NCBI RefSeq assembly: GCF_009914755.1
Contig: NC_060930.1
Origin: the human T2T-CHM13v2.0 reference genome, Homo sapiens
Strand: one strand, 5' to 3'
Length of the DNA: 64,000 bases
Under the pieces are notes generated by a model. That model saw nothing but the letters and a program-made list of their open reading frames with translations. It ran no database searches and had not been told where the DNA came from. The position numbers and the translations under genes are program-made. The stretch's first letter is position 1. Each line of letters begins with the position of its first letter. Below are positions 62,575 to 64,000 of the stretch, one piece after another.

Positions 62575-62974
62575 GAGGATGGAAAAATAAACCATGGTAC
62601 TCCATACAATGCAACAGTTTACAGCAGTGGAAGGACATTAACCACAGTTTCACACATCAATGTGGATGAATCTGAAAAAAATAATGTTGAAAGAAGAAAG
62701 CAAGCCCGTGAATAATATATTCAACATGATTCTATTACATTAATTCACCAAAAAGGGCAAAACTAAAAATATATTGCTTGGGGATAAATAGTTAAATGAA
62801 AAACTTAAAAAAAAAAAAAAAGAAAGAAATGATAACCATAAAAATCAGGAAAGTGAGGTTATTTAGAAGGACACTCCTTTGGGTCCACTCTTCTAAAACA
62901 TGGGTTATCTGTGTTTTCAGCTAGATAGAGGGTATGTGGATATTCATTTCTATTATTATTCTTTAATTGTACAT
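62575..62974 (+). mobile_element. L1ME 3' fragment
   Basis: atggtactccatacaatg...atgtggatgaatctgaaaaaaataatgttga...aagcaag. Confidence 0.75.
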
Positions 62975-63120
62975 ATTTCTTCTTTTTTTAATTAAAAAAA
63001 AATAGAGATGGGGTCTCACTACATTGCCTAGGCTGGTCTCAAACTCCTGGGCTCAAGCGATCCTCTTGCCTCAGCCTCCCAAAGTGCTGGGATTACAGGT
63101 GTGAGCCACCACACCCAGCC
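62975..63120 (-). mobile_element. FLAM/Alu monomer
   Basis: Left-arm monomer. Confidence 0.88.
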
Positions 63121-63186
63121 TGCACATATGTTTTACGTATGTTTTATCACCTTCATATATATTCCACAATTTTAAGAAGTAAGCAA

Positions 63187-63471
63187 GGCCAGGCATGGTG
63201 GTTCACGCCTCTAATCACAGCACTTTGGGAGGCTGAGGCAGGTGGATCACTTGAGCTCAGAAGTTCAAGACCAGCCTGGGCAACATGGCGAAACCCTGTC
63301 TCTACAAAAAAATTACAAAAATTAGCCAGGCATGGTCGCAGGTGCCTGTATTCCCAGTTACTCAGGAGGCTGAGGCAGGAGAATCGCTTGAGCCACAGAA
63401 GTGGAGACTGCAGTGAGCCAAGATTGTGCCACTGTACCCCAGCCTAGGCGATGGGATTGAAACACTGTCCC

Positions 63472-63502
<31 letters not shown>

Positions 63503-63520
63503 CAATAAAATAAAAATAAA
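63187..63520 (+). mobile_element. Alu (J/S) with (AAAT)n tail
   Basis: TSD aagtaagca. Confidence 0.93.
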
Positions 63521-64000
63521 AAGTAAGCAGTGATTCTCTCCAAATATAAAAATTTAAAAATAAAGTAGATGAGTCAGGAGACTTCAATTAGGAGAGATTA
63601 ATCAACTACGGGAAGGTCAAGAATGCCCCCGGAATTCAGTAAGTCTTCACAATTAAAACAGGAAATTCCATTACATCTTCCCTGTTCCAAAGACCTGGAG
63701 GCTGCCAGGCATGAATCCCTGGGTTTGGTTTTTTTTTTTTGGTGGTTGGTAGCTTAGTTTTCTTCATGTTTGCGGAAAGATAATATATGGTTATTGGGGT
63801 GACCCTCTTCACAATTACTGCATTAAGAAACATACATTTTCAAATGACACTTAAGATAAATGAGAAGGGCCAGTAAAAAGGGAGCAGACCAAAATCTTTC
63901 ACGAGCTGCATGCCAAGAATCACATAAAAGCTTTTTAGCCCTTTCTCAATTTCCTCTAAGTCTTCAATCACCTTTTCACCAGTGTCTGAGCTAAGAATAT

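Overview
Primate (most likely human) genomic DNA lying entirely inside the KIF13A kinesin-3 gene, which is transcribed on the minus strand. I can support only two coding exons. One is a 13-nt microexon at 38384-38396 (R/KPPK). The other is a 61-nt exon at 13572-13632 (VFAFDYCFWSMDESNTTKYA/G). They splice in frame into the N-terminal motor domain; from my recollection of the gene they are exons 3 and 4. The rest is intron, densely filled with about 45 Alu elements plus L1, L2, MIR, LTR (MLT1, MER21, ERV1-class) and DNA-transposon (MER8, MER30, MER33, Tigger, Charlie) relics. Almost all ORFs in the supplied track are repeat-derived or chance ORFs. I found no convincing new gene or new biological system. 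The most unusual signals are: the splicing architecture around the microexon; a ~165-nt insert made almost entirely of hairpins and bounded by 14-bp direct repeats (35056-35247); a ~100-bp dispersed local duplication split by an AluY; paired AG|GT sites resembling recursive splice sites; and several fold-back templated insertions. Repeat subfamily calls and boundaries were made by eye and are approximate.
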